Shown here: positions 21,319 through 31,873 of the stretch, piece by piece | Numbering within the stretch: position 1 is the stretch's first letter | How the letters are laid out: each line of letters starts with the position of its first letter | NCBI GenBank assembly: GCA_031426955.1 | Contig: JASJPA010000001.1 | Span: 18,152 to 82,151, forward strand | Source of the DNA: Sulfuricella sp. | GTDB taxonomy: Bacteria; Pseudomonadota; Gammaproteobacteria; Burkholderiales; Sulfuricellaceae | Direction: 5' to 3' | DNA: 64,000 nucleotides | Notes under the pieces: model-generated | Told to the model about the DNA's origin: nothing | What the model saw: the letters and a program-made list of their open reading frames with translations, nothing else | Database searches by the model: none | Position numbers and translations under genes: made by a program

Positions 21319-22548
21319 ATGCCCGTCAATCTCACTCCTCCCAACCCCGATCAACTGCTGCCCGTCAAGGGCATCGCCCTCGGCATCGCCGAAGCCGGTA
21401 TCAAGAAGGCCAATCGCAAGGATTTGCTGGTGATGCGGCTAGGCGAGCAGGCCCGGGTGGCGGGGGTGTTCACGCAGAACCGCTTCTGTGCCGCGCCGGT
21501 GGTTCTGTGCAAGAGCCACTTGGCGGCTGGCAAGGGCATCCGCGCACTGGTGGTGAACACCGGCAATGCCAACGCCGGCACGGGAGAAGAGGGTTTGAAT
21601 CGCGCCCGGCGGACATGCGCCGAGGTGGCGAAGCTGCTGGGTTGCGCGGAGGAACAGGTGCTGCCTTTTTCCACCGGCGTGATCCTGGAGCCGCTGCCGG
21701 TAGAGAAGCTTGTTGCCGGCCTGCCGGCGGCACTGGCCGACCTTAAGGAAAACAACTGGTTCGACGCTGCGCAGGCGATCATGACCACCGACATCGTGTC
21801 CAAGGCGGTGTCGAAGCAGATCAGGCTGGGCGACGCGACGGTTACCATTACCGGCATCGCCAAGGGCTCCGGCATGATCCATCCCAACATGGCGACCATG
21901 CTCGGCTATGTCGCCACCGACGCGGCGCTCAGCCAGCCCCTGCTGGAGGCGCTGGTGCGCCATGCCGCCGATCGTTCCTTCAACTGCATCACGGTGGACG
22001 GCGACACTTCCACCAATGATTCCTTCATGCTGATCGCGACCGGCGAGGCTGGCGTGGCGGAAATCACCGATGCCGCAAGTGCTCACTACGCCGCACTGCG
22101 CGATGCAGTCACCGAGGTGTCGCAAACGCTGGCCCAGGCCATCGTCCGGGATGGCGAGGGTGCGACCAAGTTCATCACCATCGCCGTCGAGGGTGGGGCC
22201 TCGGAAGCGGAATGCCGCCAGGTGGCATATGCCATCGCACACTCACCCCTGGTCAAGACCGCTTTCTTCGCCTCGGATCCCAATCTGGGGCGGATACTCG
22301 CCGCCATCGGCTATGCCGGCATTGCCGATCTGGATGTGGAGAGGCTCAAGCTCTATCTGGGCGATGTGCTGGTAGCGGAAAACGGTGGCCGCGCGGCGAG
22401 CTATCAGGAGCAGGACGGCCAGCGGGTGATGAAGGAGCCCGAAATCACCGTGCGGGTTCAGCTCGGTCGGGGTTCGGCCGCAGCCACGGTATGGACCTGC
22501 GATTTCTCTTATGATTACGTCAAGATCAATGCCGAGTACCGAAGCTGA
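21319..22548 (+). CDS. argJ: Bifunctional ornithine acetyltransferase
   Basis: [14 protein letters not shown] autocleavage motif; DGEGATK. Confidence 0.96.
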   Translation: MPVNLTPPNPDQLLPVKGIALGIAEAGIKKANRKDLLVMRLGEQARVAGVFTQNRFCAAPVVLCKSHLAAGKGIRALVVNTGNANAGTGEEGLNRARRTCAEVAKLLGCAEEQVLPFSTGVILEPLPVEKLVAGLPAALADLKENNWFDAAQAIMTTDIVSKAVSKQIRLGDATVTITGIAKGSGMIHPNMATMLGYVATDAALSQPLLEALVRHAADRSFNCITVDGDTSTNDSFMLIATGEAGVAEITDAASAHYAALRDAVTEVSQTLAQAIVRDGEGATKFITIAVEGGASEAECRQVAYAIAHSPLVKTAFFASDPNLGRILAAIGYAGIADLDVERLKLYLGDVLVAENGGRAASYQEQDGQRVMKEPEITVRVQLGRGSAAATVWTCDFSYDYVKINAEYRS

Positions 22549-23480
22549 TGACGAACATTCTGGAGGTCGCCGCCGCCGTCGTGCAGCGGCCCGATGGCGA
22601 GTTTCTATTGGCAGAGCGTCCGGCGGGCAAACCTTATGCCGGATGGTGGGAATTTCCTGGCGGCAAGATCGAAGCGGGCGAGTCGCCCTACCATGCTCTG
22701 GTACGTGAACTGCACGAGGAGCTGGGGATAGCGGTGGATGTGGCGCATCCCTGGCTGACCCGCGTCTATTCCTACCCCCATGCCACGGTGCGGCTGCATT
22801 TCTTTCGCGTGGTGAGCTGGCACGGCGAGCCTCATGGCAAGGAAAACCAGTGCCTTTCCTGGCAACATCCCGATGCAGTGACCGTGACGCCGCTATTGCC
22901 GGCCAATGGACCGGTTCTGCGCTCGCTTAATTTACCTCCGGTGTATGCGATTACTCATGCCGCCGAGCTTGGTGTGGAGGCGTTTCTGGAGCGGCTGCAG
23001 GCTGCGCTGCAGCAGGGGGTCAAACTGATCCAGGTGCGAGAGAAGGCCATGGATGCGGCAACATTGCGCGCTTTCGCCGCCGAGGTGGTGCGGCGGGCAC
23101 ATGCTCACGGCGCGCGCGTGGTGATCAACGGCGATGCGGCCCTGGCCAGAGAGGTCGGGGCGGATGGGGTGCAACTGAATTCGGCACAGCTGATGGCGTT
23201 GACGGCCCGGCCGGAGGTGGAGTTGGTGAGCGCTTCCTGCCATGACAGGCGCGAACTGGAACGGGCTGCCGAACTGGAGCTGGATTTTGCCTTGCTGTCT
23301 CCGGTGCTGCCGACCCTGAGCCATCCTGGAGCGCCGGTTCTGGGCTGGGAGGGTTTTGCGCGCCTGGTAAAGGATTTGCCGATGCCGGTCTATGCGCTGG
23401 GCGGGGTCTCCCGCGCCGACCTGGACGAAGCGTGGCGGCATGGTGCTCATGGAATCGCCATGTTGCGTGGGGCATGGTGA
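22548..23480 (+). CDS. Nudix hydrolase (MutT-like) fused to a thiamine-phosphate-synthase-like domain
   Basis: Nudix box GGKIEAGESPYHALVRELHEELG; C-terminal QVREK...SCH...PVYALGG TIM-barrel segment. Confidence 0.9.
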   Translation: MTNILEVAAAVVQRPDGEFLLAERPAGKPYAGWWEFPGGKIEAGESPYHALVRELHEELGIAVDVAHPWLTRVYSYPHATVRLHFFRVVSWHGEPHGKENQCLSWQHPDAVTVTPLLPANGPVLRSLNLPPVYAITHAAELGVEAFLERLQAALQQGVKLIQVREKAMDAATLRAFAAEVVRRAHAHGARVVINGDAALAREVGADGVQLNSAQLMALTARPEVELVSASCHDRRELERAAELELDFALLSPVLPTLSHPGAPVLGWEGFARLVKDLPMPVYALGGVSRADLDEAWRHGAHGIAMLRGAW

Positions 23481-23493
23481 CGATGGAATGAAC

Positions 23494-23919
23494 ATGAAAA
23501 AAATCTGGCCTTTCCTGCTATTGCTCCTGCCGGTGCTGCTGGCGCTGGGCCTGCCTCGCCTTATAGGCGGTGATGTCGGCGGGCCGATATTGACGGCGCA
23601 CTGCCCAGACCTGGTTCAAGGTTGCCAAGTGCCGTTCGGGGAGAGGCAGGTGGAAGTCAGGTTCCTGTCCGCCCCAACACCGCTCAAGCGGTTCGATCTG
23701 GTGGTGAAGGCGCCGGATGTCGGACAGGTCACCGCCGATTTCGCCATGCAGGGCATGGATATGGGGCCAAATCGTTACGTGTTGCAGCGTACAGCAGATG
23801 GGGCATGGCATGGAAAGATCGTATTGCCGGTGTGTGTTAGCGGCACCAGCAATTGGACTATGACGCTGGAGCTGGATGGCGTGAAGCGGCAAATCCCCTT
23901 TGTCGCGGTCAAGCAGTAG
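23494..23919 (+). CDS. Exported or membrane-anchored hypothetical protein (FixH/YtkA-like segment)
   Basis: N-terminal hydrophobic helix, FAMQGMDMG motif, three Cys; host-like codon usage. Confidence 0.7.
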   Translation: MKKIWPFLLLLLPVLLALGLPRLIGGDVGGPILTAHCPDLVQGCQVPFGERQVEVRFLSAPTPLKRFDLVVKAPDVGQVTADFAMQGMDMGPNRYVLQRTADGAWHGKIVLPVCVSGTSNWTMTLELDGVKRQIPFVAVKQ

Positions 23920-23948
23920 GATTAACGTGAAACTCGCGAAGCGAGACC

Positions 23949-24146
23949 TTAGTTGAGATTCTCGCCCTTTTCCGGCTCTTCCTCGGCCAGCGGGATACGA
24001 TAGCCCTCCTTCGCCCACTCACCGAGGTCTATCAGCTTGCAGCGCTCCGAGCAGAACGGGCGGAATGGATTTTTCGGGCTGAAGGGCGCGGGATTGCCAC
24101 AAATCGGGCAGGGGACGGAGGGAGAGGGTTTTTCAGGGGTAGTCAT
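23949..24146 (-). CDS. yacG: DNA gyrase inhibitor
   Basis: CPIC...[17 protein letters not shown] zinc finger; follows zapD. Confidence 0.95.
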   Translation of the reverse strand: MTTPEKPSPSVPCPICGNPAPFSPKNPFRPFCSERCKLIDLGEWAKEGYRIPLAEEEPEKGENLN

Positions 24147-24177
24147 GTGCGGTAATGCCAATTATTGATTGCCTGGC

Positions 24178-24933
24178 TTAAAGGTTGCAAAGGGTCAGAT
24201 CAAATTCGACATCGGTGTCGCATCCCCGTGGTTTCTGGGGCCCGCCCAGAGCGGTGAAGCGGATGTTGATCGCGTATTTGTTGGCACTGATTTCGGGGAA
24301 GCAGGGCAAGTTGCGTGCGACTGAGATGCGCAGCATCTGCGCCACCCTGCCGCTCAGCATCTGTTGAAATGTGCCTTGCTGTGCGGTGTGGTGGCTGGAT
24401 CTGCCACTGTCGCGCAGCATCCGCAGGATGATCCTCAATCCATCCCGGATCGGCAGCATCGGCGCCAGCCATTCCGTCAGATTCTGACGGCGCAGACTTT
24501 CATCCTGGTTCAGCCAGAAATGATAGGAAGGCAGATCGAATTCGCAGACTCCGCCGGGGATGGAGGTGCGCTGCTTGATGCTCATCAGCCATTCATTCTC
24601 GCGCAGGTGCTGGCCGACCTTGCCGGGCAGGCTGTGCAGACGGCCAGCGACATTGTTGATATCGCGCAGCACTTCATTCAAGGCTTCTTCCGAAATGGCG
24701 GGATTGTTGCGCAGGGCTTCCAGGGTTTGCTTCTGCCGCTCCAGTTCCTGGAGCAGGTCGGATTTTAGATCGGCGCGGCAGGAAACTTCCAGAATTTCGA
24801 ACACAACCAACAGTGCGGCGTGGTGATCCATCTGATGCGACTGCGAGGAAAAGTAATGCGCTTTGGCATAGAGATCCTCCAGTCGCAGGAGAGTGCGAAT
24901 CCGCTCATTAAGAGGGTGGTCGTAGGAGATCAC
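24178..24933 (-). CDS. zapD: Cell division protein ZapD; likely GTG start
   Basis: YDHPLNERIRTLLRLE N-terminus; lies in coaE-zapD-yacG order. Confidence 0.95.
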   Translation of the reverse strand: MISYDHPLNERIRTLLRLEDLYAKAHYFSSQSHQMDHHAALLVVFEILEVSCRADLKSDLLQELERQKQTLEALRNNPAISEEALNEVLRDINNVAGRLHSLPGKVGQHLRENEWLMSIKQRTSIPGGVCEFDLPSYHFWLNQDESLRRQNLTEWLAPMLPIRDGLRIILRMLRDSGRSSHHTAQQGTFQQMLSGRVAQMLRISVARNLPCFPEISANKYAINIRFTALGGPQKPRGCDTDVEFDLTLCNL

Positions 24934-25067
24934 GGTCGGGTCTGGGATCGGCAAAGTTCAATTCTGCCGAATTATGAGCAATCTGACAATGATTTGTGTC
25001 GGCCTGATTTGTATTGACACATAATTGCATGAAACTTTGAATTATTTTGATTTTCAGTGAAGCGGCT

Positions 25068-25676
25068 TCAGGCCCGCCGCTGTAATGCCAGTGCCAAGTA
25101 ACGCTGATGCAGTTCCTTGACATGCTCTTCGAGATCGGCGTGGTCGCCCCGGTTCGACAGGATGTCATCGGCTTGTTTGATGCGCTCCGCGCGAGGTGTC
25201 TGGTGAGCCATGATGGTGCGCACATCTTCGGCGGAAAGCTGGCTACGGGACATAGTCCGGGAGATTTGCTGATTTTCATCGCAATCCACCACCAGTACCC
25301 TGTCAACCAGATCGCGGTATGCACCGGTCTCAAAAAACAGCGGGATCACCAGCACCAGATAGGGCCCCTGCGCCTCAGCCATTTCCGAGACGACCTGTTG
25401 TTTGATGAGGGGGTGGAGTAGCGCTTCCAGTTTTTCCTTGGCAGCATGATCGGAAAACACCCGTTTGCGCAATCTGGCACGGTCGAGGTTTCCATCCGGC
25501 AACTGATAGCTGGAGCCGAACTGCTCGATGATGGCGGCAAGGGCCGGAGCGCCTTTTGCCGTCAGGCGATGCGCGATCTCGTCGGTGTCGATGACGGCGG
25601 CGCCCAAGGCGGAAAAAATTCTGGCGACGCTGCTTTTGCCGCAGCCGATGCCGCCGGTGAGGCCGATAACCAGCAT
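25068..25676 (-). CDS. coaE: Dephospho-CoA kinase
   Basis: IGLTGGIGCGKS P-loop; DTDEIAH. Confidence 0.96.
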   Translation of the reverse strand: MLVIGLTGGIGCGKSSVARIFSALGAAVIDTDEIAHRLTAKGAPALAAIIEQFGSSYQLPDGNLDRARLRKRVFSDHAAKEKLEALLHPLIKQQVVSEMAEAQGPYLVLVIPLFFETGAYRDLVDRVLVVDCDENQQISRTMSRSQLSAEDVRTIMAHQTPRAERIKQADDILSNRGDHADLEEHVKELHQRYLALALQRRA

Positions 25677-25679
25677 CCC

Positions 25680-26534
25680 CTAAAGCCCGAGATAGGCCTG
25701 GGTGATTTGCTTTCCCCACAGCAGGGCGATCAGGCCGCCACCCGCGAGGTAGGGGCCGAAGGGGATCGGAATCTGGCGGCCATGGCCGGCAAACAGGATC
25801 AGTGAAATGCCGATCACCGCTCCGACCAGAGAAGACAGCAGGATGACCAGCGGCAGCATCTGCCAGCCCAGCCATGCGCCGATCGCGGCAAGCAGCTTGA
25901 AATCTCCGTAGCCCATGCCTTCCTTTTTTGTCACCAGCTTGAACAGCCAGTAAACGCTCCAGAGCGACAGGTAGCCCGCCACCACCCCGACCAGGGCGGA
26001 GTCCAGGTCGGTGAAGAAGCCGTTGAGATTGAGCAACAGGCCGAGCCAGATCAGGGGTTGGGTGATGCTGTCCGGCAGCAGCTGGGTGTCGAAGTCGACG
26101 AAGGTCAGTGCGATCAGTGCCCAGGTGAAGAGCAGGGCGGCCAGGGCGGTCGGCCCGAAGCCGAAACGCCAGACGATGTAACCGCTGATAATGCCGGTAA
26201 GGGCTTCGACGATGGGGTAACGTGGGCTGATCGGGGTCTTGCAGTGTGCGCAGCGGCCGCGCAAAATCAGCCAGGAAATCACCGGAATGTTTTCCCATGC
26301 CGAAATCATGTGGCCGCAGGAAGGGCAGGCCGAGCGCGGCGTAGCCAGGTTGTAGGGCGCTGCGGGCGGGGCTCCTTCTCCGTCCAGAGTGCTGCATTGC
26401 TCGCGCCACTCGCGTTCCATCATCCTGGGAAGGCGATGGATGACGACATTCAGGAAGCTGCCGACCATCAGGCCGAGGAACGCGGCCACGCTAACGTACA
26501 GCGCCGGGGAGGATTGCAGGGGTTCGAAGATCAT
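25680..26534 (-). CDS. pilD: Type IV prepilin peptidase/methylase
   Basis: CPSC and CAHC zinc motifs; GMGYGDFKL. Confidence 0.96.
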   Translation of the reverse strand: MIFEPLQSSPALYVSVAAFLGLMVGSFLNVVIHRLPRMMEREWREQCSTLDGEGAPPAAPYNLATPRSACPSCGHMISAWENIPVISWLILRGRCAHCKTPISPRYPIVEALTGIISGYIVWRFGFGPTALAALLFTWALIALTFVDFDTQLLPDSITQPLIWLGLLLNLNGFFTDLDSALVGVVAGYLSLWSVYWLFKLVTKKEGMGYGDFKLLAAIGAWLGWQMLPLVILLSSLVGAVIGISLILFAGHGRQIPIPFGPYLAGGGLIALLWGKQITQAYLGL

Positions 26535-26547
26535 TTGAGTCCTGTTT

Positions 26548-27771
26548 TTAAATCACCTGGCCCATCTTGAAGATCGGCAGATACATGGCGACGACCAGGC
26601 CGCCGATCAGGGTGCCCAGAATTACCATGATCATCGGTTCCATCAGGCTGGAAAGCGCGTCCACGGCATCGTCCACTTCGGCTTCGTAAAAATCGGCCAC
26701 CTTGGAGAGCATGGAGTCCAAAGCGCCCGACTCCTCGCCGATGGCGACCATTTGCAGCACCATGTTGGGAAACAGATTGCTGTTCTGCATCGCCACCGTC
26801 AGGCTGGTGCCGGTGCTGACTTCGCTCTGGATTTTTTTCGTCGCATCAAAATACAAGGCGTTGCCGGCAGCGCCGCCGACCGAGTCCAGTGCCTCGACCA
26901 GCGGCACGCCGGCGGCAAACATGGTGGACAGGGTACGGGTCCAGCGCGCGATAGTGGCTTTCTCGATCACCGGGCCAAAAACAGGCAGTTGCAGGGACAG
27001 CCGGTCCATGAAGTACTGCATTTTCTTCGAGCGTTTCCAGGTGTAGAAAAAGAGCTGGAGTACGCCATAGATTGAGCCAAAAATCGCCCACCACCAGGCA
27101 ACGAAAAAGTCGGATATGGCCATCACCACCAGCGTCGGGGTGGGCAAATCGGCGCCGAAGTTGGTGAACAGTTCCTTGAAGGCCGGCACTACGAAGATCA
27201 TGATGATTGCGGTGATGACGAAAGCGACGACCAGAATCGAGATGGGATAGAACAGCGCCGATTTGATCTTGCCTTTGATGGCAAGAATTTTTTCCTTGTA
27301 GGTGGCGAGGCGATCCAGCACCGTGTCGATAATGCCCGCCTGTTCGCCAGCGTTGACCAGGTTGCAGTACAGCGCGTCGAAATACAATGGGTATTTGCGG
27401 AATGCCTGGCTCATGCTGCTACCGGTTTCGATATCGGCCTTGATGTTGCCAAGCAGCTTCGATACGGCCGGGTTGCTGTGCCCTTTGCCGACAATGTCGA
27501 AGGCCTGGAGCAGCGGCACACCCGCCTTCATCATGACTGCCAGCTGCCGTGTGAACAGGGAGATGTCTTTTTCGGTGACTTTCTTGCCCTTTTTGAAACG
27601 GCCTTGTTTTTTAACCTTGAGAACGGTGATGCCCTGGCGTCGCAGCATGGCATGCACTACCGCCTCACCCGGTGCGCTCATCTCGCCCTTTACGGCTTTG
27701 CCTTTTTTATCCGTTCCCTCCCAGGCGAAGAGGAGGTCTTTCACCGCTTCCTTTTTTTTTGCGACGGCCAT
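26548..27771 (-). CDS. pilC: Type IV pilus platform protein (GspF family)
   Basis: Two T2SSF domains (AGEQAG, GEESG); lies between pilB and pilD. Confidence 0.96.
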   Translation of the reverse strand: MAVAKKKEAVKDLLFAWEGTDKKGKAVKGEMSAPGEAVVHAMLRRQGITVLKVKKQGRFKKGKKVTEKDISLFTRQLAVMMKAGVPLLQAFDIVGKGHSNPAVSKLLGNIKADIETGSSMSQAFRKYPLYFDALYCNLVNAGEQAGIIDTVLDRLATYKEKILAIKGKIKSALFYPISILVVAFVITAIIMIFVVPAFKELFTNFGADLPTPTLVVMAISDFFVAWWWAIFGSIYGVLQLFFYTWKRSKKMQYFMDRLSLQLPVFGPVIEKATIARWTRTLSTMFAAGVPLVEALDSVGGAAGNALYFDATKKIQSEVSTGTSLTVAMQNSNLFPNMVLQMVAIGEESGALDSMLSKVADFYEAEVDDAVDALSSLMEPMIMVILGTLIGGLVVAMYLPIFKMGQVI

Positions 27772-27781
27772 GCTTACCCCT

Positions 27782-29497
27782 TTAAACGTTGGTGACGGCT
27801 TCGATTTCTTCCAGCGTCGTCAGTCCGGCCTTCACTTTGAGCAGGCCGGACTGACGCAGATCACGTACGCCTTCGCGCTTTGCCTGGTCGGCGATGTCAT
27901 GCGCGGTGCCGTTTTTCATGATGATGCGGCTCATTTCGTCGCTGATCGGCATGACCTGGTAGATGCCGACTCGCCCCTTGTAGCCGGTGCCCTTGCAGAT
28001 TTCGCAACCAACATGGCCATAAGGCTGCCAGCTGCCGTCGAGATCTTCCTCGGTATAGCCGGCGCGCAATAGTGCCTCCCTGGGAATGTCGATGGGCTGT
28101 TTGCACTTGCACAGGCGCCGCGCCAGGCGCTGTGCGGTAATCAGGATCACCGCGGAGGCGATGTTGAAAGGGGCGACGCCCATATTCATCAGGCGGGTCA
28201 AGGTGGCGGGCGCATCGTTGGTATGCAGGGTGGACAGAACCATGTGGCCGGTTTGCGCTGCCTTGATGGCGATGTCCGCCGTTTCCAGGTCGCGGATCTC
28301 ACCCACCATGATGACATCCGGATCCTGACGCAGGAAGGCCCTGAGCGCTGCAGCGAAATTCAGTCCGGCCTTGTCGTTGACGTTGACCTGGTTGATGCCG
28401 GGAAGGTTGATCTCGACAGGGTCTTCCGCGGTGGAGATGTTAATGCCCGGTTCGTTCAGGATATTCAGGCAGGTATACAGCGATACGGTTTTGCCGCTGC
28501 CGGTCGGCCCGGTCACCAGCACCATGCCATAGGGCCGCTTGACGGCATTGAGCAGAAACTCTTTCTGGTCCGGCTCGTAGCCCAATGCGTCAACCCCCAG
28601 CGTGGCGATGGTCGGGTCGAGAATCCGCATCACGATTTTCTCGCCGTACAGGGTGGGCAGGGTGCTGACGCGAAAATCGATGGCGCGGTTTTTGGACAGC
28701 ACCAGTTTCATGCGGCCGTCCTGCGGTATGCGCTTTTCCGAAATATCGAGCTTGGAAATCACCTTGATGCGGGAGGAAAGTTTATCCTTGATCGCCAGGG
28801 GCGGCTGCGCTGCTTCATAGAGTATGCCGTCGAGGCGGTAGCGGATACGATAGTATTTTTCGTAGGGTTCGAAGTGGATATCGGATACCCCGGCATTGAT
28901 CGCGTCCAGCAGCATTTTCTGGAGGAAACGGACGACCGGTGCGTCATCGACTTCTGCGCTGGCGCCCTCATCTTTCTGCGCTAGTGCTTCCTCGTCGGTG
29001 AATTCTAGGTTGAGGTCTTCACCAGCCAGATTCTGCAGTGTAGTGTCGGTGGCTTCAGCAATTTTTTCTATCAGCTTGCCGAGCTTGTCGTCCTCCACCA
29101 CCACCGGCTCAACCGTGAGGCTGGTTTTGAAACGCACATCGTCCAGGGCGCGCAGGTTGGCTGGATCGGAGGTGGCGATGAACAGACGATTGCCGCGCTT
29201 TTGCAGGGCCAGAACGCGCCGGCTTCTGATCAGCTTGGCATCGAGCACGTCATTGGGCAGGTGATCCACATCGATGGCAGCCAAGTCCAGCAGGGGAAAG
29301 CCGAAGGTCCGCGCAGCAAATTCTGCAACTTCCAGGGGGCTCATTTTTTTGCTTTGCACCAACTGGGCGACAAAGCCGGTCTCAGCGGCGCCGGCCTGGG
29401 ACTGAATGGCTTCGGCATCGGCTTCCAGCAGGCGCCCGCTTTGCACTAGTGCGTTGGCCAGTCCGCTGAGCTTGGTCGAAGTTGTTGCTGCTGCCAT
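27782..29497 (-). CDS. pilB: Type IV pilus assembly ATPase
   Basis: GPTGSGKT, LRQDPDVIMVGEIRD, CxC/CxxC tetracysteine. Confidence 0.97.
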   Translation of the reverse strand: MAAATTSTKLSGLANALVQSGRLLEADAEAIQSQAGAAETGFVAQLVQSKKMSPLEVAEFAARTFGFPLLDLAAIDVDHLPNDVLDAKLIRSRRVLALQKRGNRLFIATSDPANLRALDDVRFKTSLTVEPVVVEDDKLGKLIEKIAEATDTTLQNLAGEDLNLEFTDEEALAQKDEGASAEVDDAPVVRFLQKMLLDAINAGVSDIHFEPYEKYYRIRYRLDGILYEAAQPPLAIKDKLSSRIKVISKLDISEKRIPQDGRMKLVLSKNRAIDFRVSTLPTLYGEKIVMRILDPTIATLGVDALGYEPDQKEFLLNAVKRPYGMVLVTGPTGSGKTVSLYTCLNILNEPGINISTAEDPVEINLPGINQVNVNDKAGLNFAAALRAFLRQDPDVIMVGEIRDLETADIAIKAAQTGHMVLSTLHTNDAPATLTRLMNMGVAPFNIASAVILITAQRLARRLCKCKQPIDIPREALLRAGYTEEDLDGSWQPYGHVGCEICKGTGYKGRVGIYQVMPISDEMSRIIMKNGTAHDIADQAKREGVRDLRQSGLLKVKAGLTTLEEIEAVTNV

Positions 29498-29572
29498 CTG
29501 GGGTTGTCCGCTTAGGGATTAAAAACAGCCCAATAATGCACTTGGCAAGTTTTTTTGTAAAGGCGGCGGAGT

Positions 29573-30844
29573 CTATTCCGAGGCGGATATAAGAAGCGGG
29601 AAAATACGCACGACTTTGACGATGCGATCCTGAGTCTGGACAATTTCCAGTGTATGCCCGTTGATTTTGAAGCTGGTGCCGGCTTCCGGGATGTCCTCGA
29701 AATGTTCGAGAACCAGGCCATTCAGGGTTTTAGGGCCATCCATCGGCAAATTGAGCTTGAGCTTGCGGTTCAGGTCACGCAGAGAGCAGCCGCCATCGAC
29801 CAGCCAACTGCCGTCGTCCTGTGGGTAGATGCCGCCGTGGGCAGTGGGGCGTGAGGCGAATTCGCCGACGATTTCTTCCAGAATATCCTCCAGGCTCACC
29901 AACCCGAGCAATTCGCCATACTCGTCCACCACCAGGCCGATATGATGCCGGTTTTCCTGAAAGTGCTGGAGCTGGGAAAAAAGCGAGGTGCCGGCGGGAA
30001 CAAAGTAGGGCTCGCGCAAAATTTCTTGCAATGTTTCGACATCGATTTCCATGTTGCGAACCTGGTGCAGCACGTTGCGAATGTGAACGACGCCGACGAT
30101 GTTGTCCAGCCTGCCCCGGTACACCGGCAGCCGGGTGTGGTGACTGGTGGCGAGCTGTTCGCGTATCGTTTCGGCCGGGGCGTCGAGGTCGATCGCCTCA
30201 ATCTGGCTGCGCGGGATCATGATGTCGTCGACGGTGACGTTTTCCAGCTCGAACAGGTTGAGGAAAATGCTCTGGTGCTTGGGGGGGATGTAATGGCTCG
30301 CTTCCAGCACCAGGGTACGCAGTTCTTCCATGTTGAGGCGGGTGTCGGCGGAGGGCGGTTTCAGGCGCAGCATCCAGAGCAGGGCGCGAACGAACAGGTT
30401 GACGAACCATACCACCGGATAAAACAGCTTGAGCAAAGGGGCGAGGATGTAACTGGAGGGAATGGCAATGCGCTCCGGATAGGCGGCCCCCATGACTTTC
30501 GGGGTGATTTCGCTGAACACCAGGATCAGGAAGGTGACGGACAGGGTGCCGATGGTGAGTGCGAATTCGCTCTCGCCCATCAGGCGGACAGTGATCACGG
30601 TGACCAGGGCGGCCGCGGCGGCATTGAGCAGATTGTTGCCGAGCAGGATCACGCCGAGCAGTTTGTCTGTTTTTTCCAGCAGTTGCACGGTCAGCTTGGC
30701 GCCGCGGTGGCCACGTTTGGCCATGTGCTTTAGCCGGTAGCGGTTGAGCGCCATCATGCTGATTTCCGCGATGGAAAAGAAGCCGGAACCGATCAGCAAC
30801 AGCAGCAGCGTAGCAAGCAGCAGGCTGGTTGAGATGTCATCCAA
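29573..30844 (-). CDS. CNNM/HlyC/CorC-family transporter (DUF21-CBS-CorC)
   Basis: FFSIAEISMM, EITPK, HTRLPVY, DEYG...LEDILEEIVGE. Confidence 0.92.
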   Translation of the reverse strand: MDDISTSLLLATLLLLLIGSGFFSIAEISMMALNRYRLKHMAKRGHRGAKLTVQLLEKTDKLLGVILLGNNLLNAAAAALVTVITVRLMGESEFALTIGTLSVTFLILVFSEITPKVMGAAYPERIAIPSSYILAPLLKLFYPVVWFVNLFVRALLWMLRLKPPSADTRLNMEELRTLVLEASHYIPPKHQSIFLNLFELENVTVDDIMIPRSQIEAIDLDAPAETIREQLATSHHTRLPVYRGRLDNIVGVVHIRNVLHQVRNMEIDVETLQEILREPYFVPAGTSLFSQLQHFQENRHHIGLVVDEYGELLGLVSLEDILEEIVGEFASRPTAHGGIYPQDDGSWLVDGGCSLRDLNRKLKLNLPMDGPKTLNGLVLEHFEDIPEAGTSFKINGHTLEIVQTQDRIVKVVRIFPLLISASE

Positions 30845-30872
30845 GAGCGAGAACCTTCATGCTATAAAAAGC

Positions 30873-30947
30873 GTAATGGGTAATGGGTAAACCGGCGACG
30901 GTGTTGCCTTTGACTTTTCTTATCCCCCATCACTCATCACCCATTAC
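30873..30947. repeat. Degenerate heptamer-built inverted repeat (GTRATGR units)
   Basis: gtaatgggtaatgggtaa (30873-30890) against tcactcatcacccattac (30930-30947). Confidence 0.7.
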
Positions 30948-30954
30948 TTGTGAG

Positions 30955-31782
30955 TCAGCGTTGCAGAATGATTTCCAGCACGAACTTGCTGCCGAGGTAG
31001 GCCAGCAGCAGCATCGCAAACCCGGCAAGCGTCCAGAGGATGGCGGTGCGACCACGCCAGCCGTAAATTTGCCGTCCCCCCAGCAGGGCTGCGTAAATGC
31101 CCCAGGAAAGCAGTGCGAACAGCGACTTGTGGCTGAATTGCAGGGGTTTGTGGAAGAGTTCTTCGGAGAACATCACGCCGCTCAGGATGGACAGGGTGAG
31201 CAGGACGAATCCCGCCATGATGATGCGAAACAGCAGCGCTTCCATCGCCAGCAGGGGCGGCAATTTTCCCAGGATGCGCGACAGGGCATGGCCGTGCAGA
31301 CGGCGTTCCGCCAGGGCCATCAGCACTGCGTGCACTGCCGCGATAGTGAACAGGCTGTAGGCGAGCAGCGAAATCAGCAAGTGAACCTTGAAAAGCGGCA
31401 GCTCGGTATGGGCGATGGCGTGCGCTTCCGGAAAAATCAGCGGTAGCAGCAGGCAGATCGCAGCGCCGGGCAATACCAGGGTTTGCAGGCCTTCCATGTT
31501 GTAACGGAAGCTGGCGAGCCAGTAGACCAGTACGGTGAGCCAGGAGATCGCCGATACCGTATTGCCGATGCCGAGGTTCAGTCCTGCGCCGGGAAACAGG
31601 GAGGGTTGCAGCAGCGCGCCATGCAGCGCGAGTGGCACCAGTATGGCAAGACGCCCGGCCGTCGAGGCTGTGGCGCCGTGCTGTGCTAATTCCGGGCCGG
31701 CGGGGCGCCAGACCGAGCGCCAGAAAAGCAGGCCGAGCGCGCTGTAAAGCAGAAAGGCGAGGAAATGGAGTGAACCGCTCAT
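30955..31782 (-). CDS. CcsA/YpjD-family inner membrane protein
   Basis: Eight-TM pattern, HLLIS, HKSLF and GWRG motifs; divergent from ffh as in other proteobacteria. Confidence 0.88.
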   Translation of the reverse strand: MSGSLHFLAFLLYSALGLLFWRSVWRPAGPELAQHGATASTAGRLAILVPLALHGALLQPSLFPGAGLNLGIGNTVSAISWLTVLVYWLASFRYNMEGLQTLVLPGAAICLLLPLIFPEAHAIAHTELPLFKVHLLISLLAYSLFTIAAVHAVLMALAERRLHGHALSRILGKLPPLLAMEALLFRIIMAGFVLLTLSILSGVMFSEELFHKPLQFSHKSLFALLSWGIYAALLGGRQIYGWRGRTAILWTLAGFAMLLLAYLGSKFVLEIILQR

Positions 31783-31873
31783 TGTGTTGTAAACTTGTCG
31801 GCGTATTGTTTCTCTAACCCCAAGTCTACACTATCCGAATTCGGATTAACATTCAGCAGGACATTTCTCCGCC

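Noticed and set aside
22548-23480. Nudix-ThiE fusion as a novelty
   Set aside because: A known, widespread fusion next to argJ/secA in beta- and gammaproteobacteria
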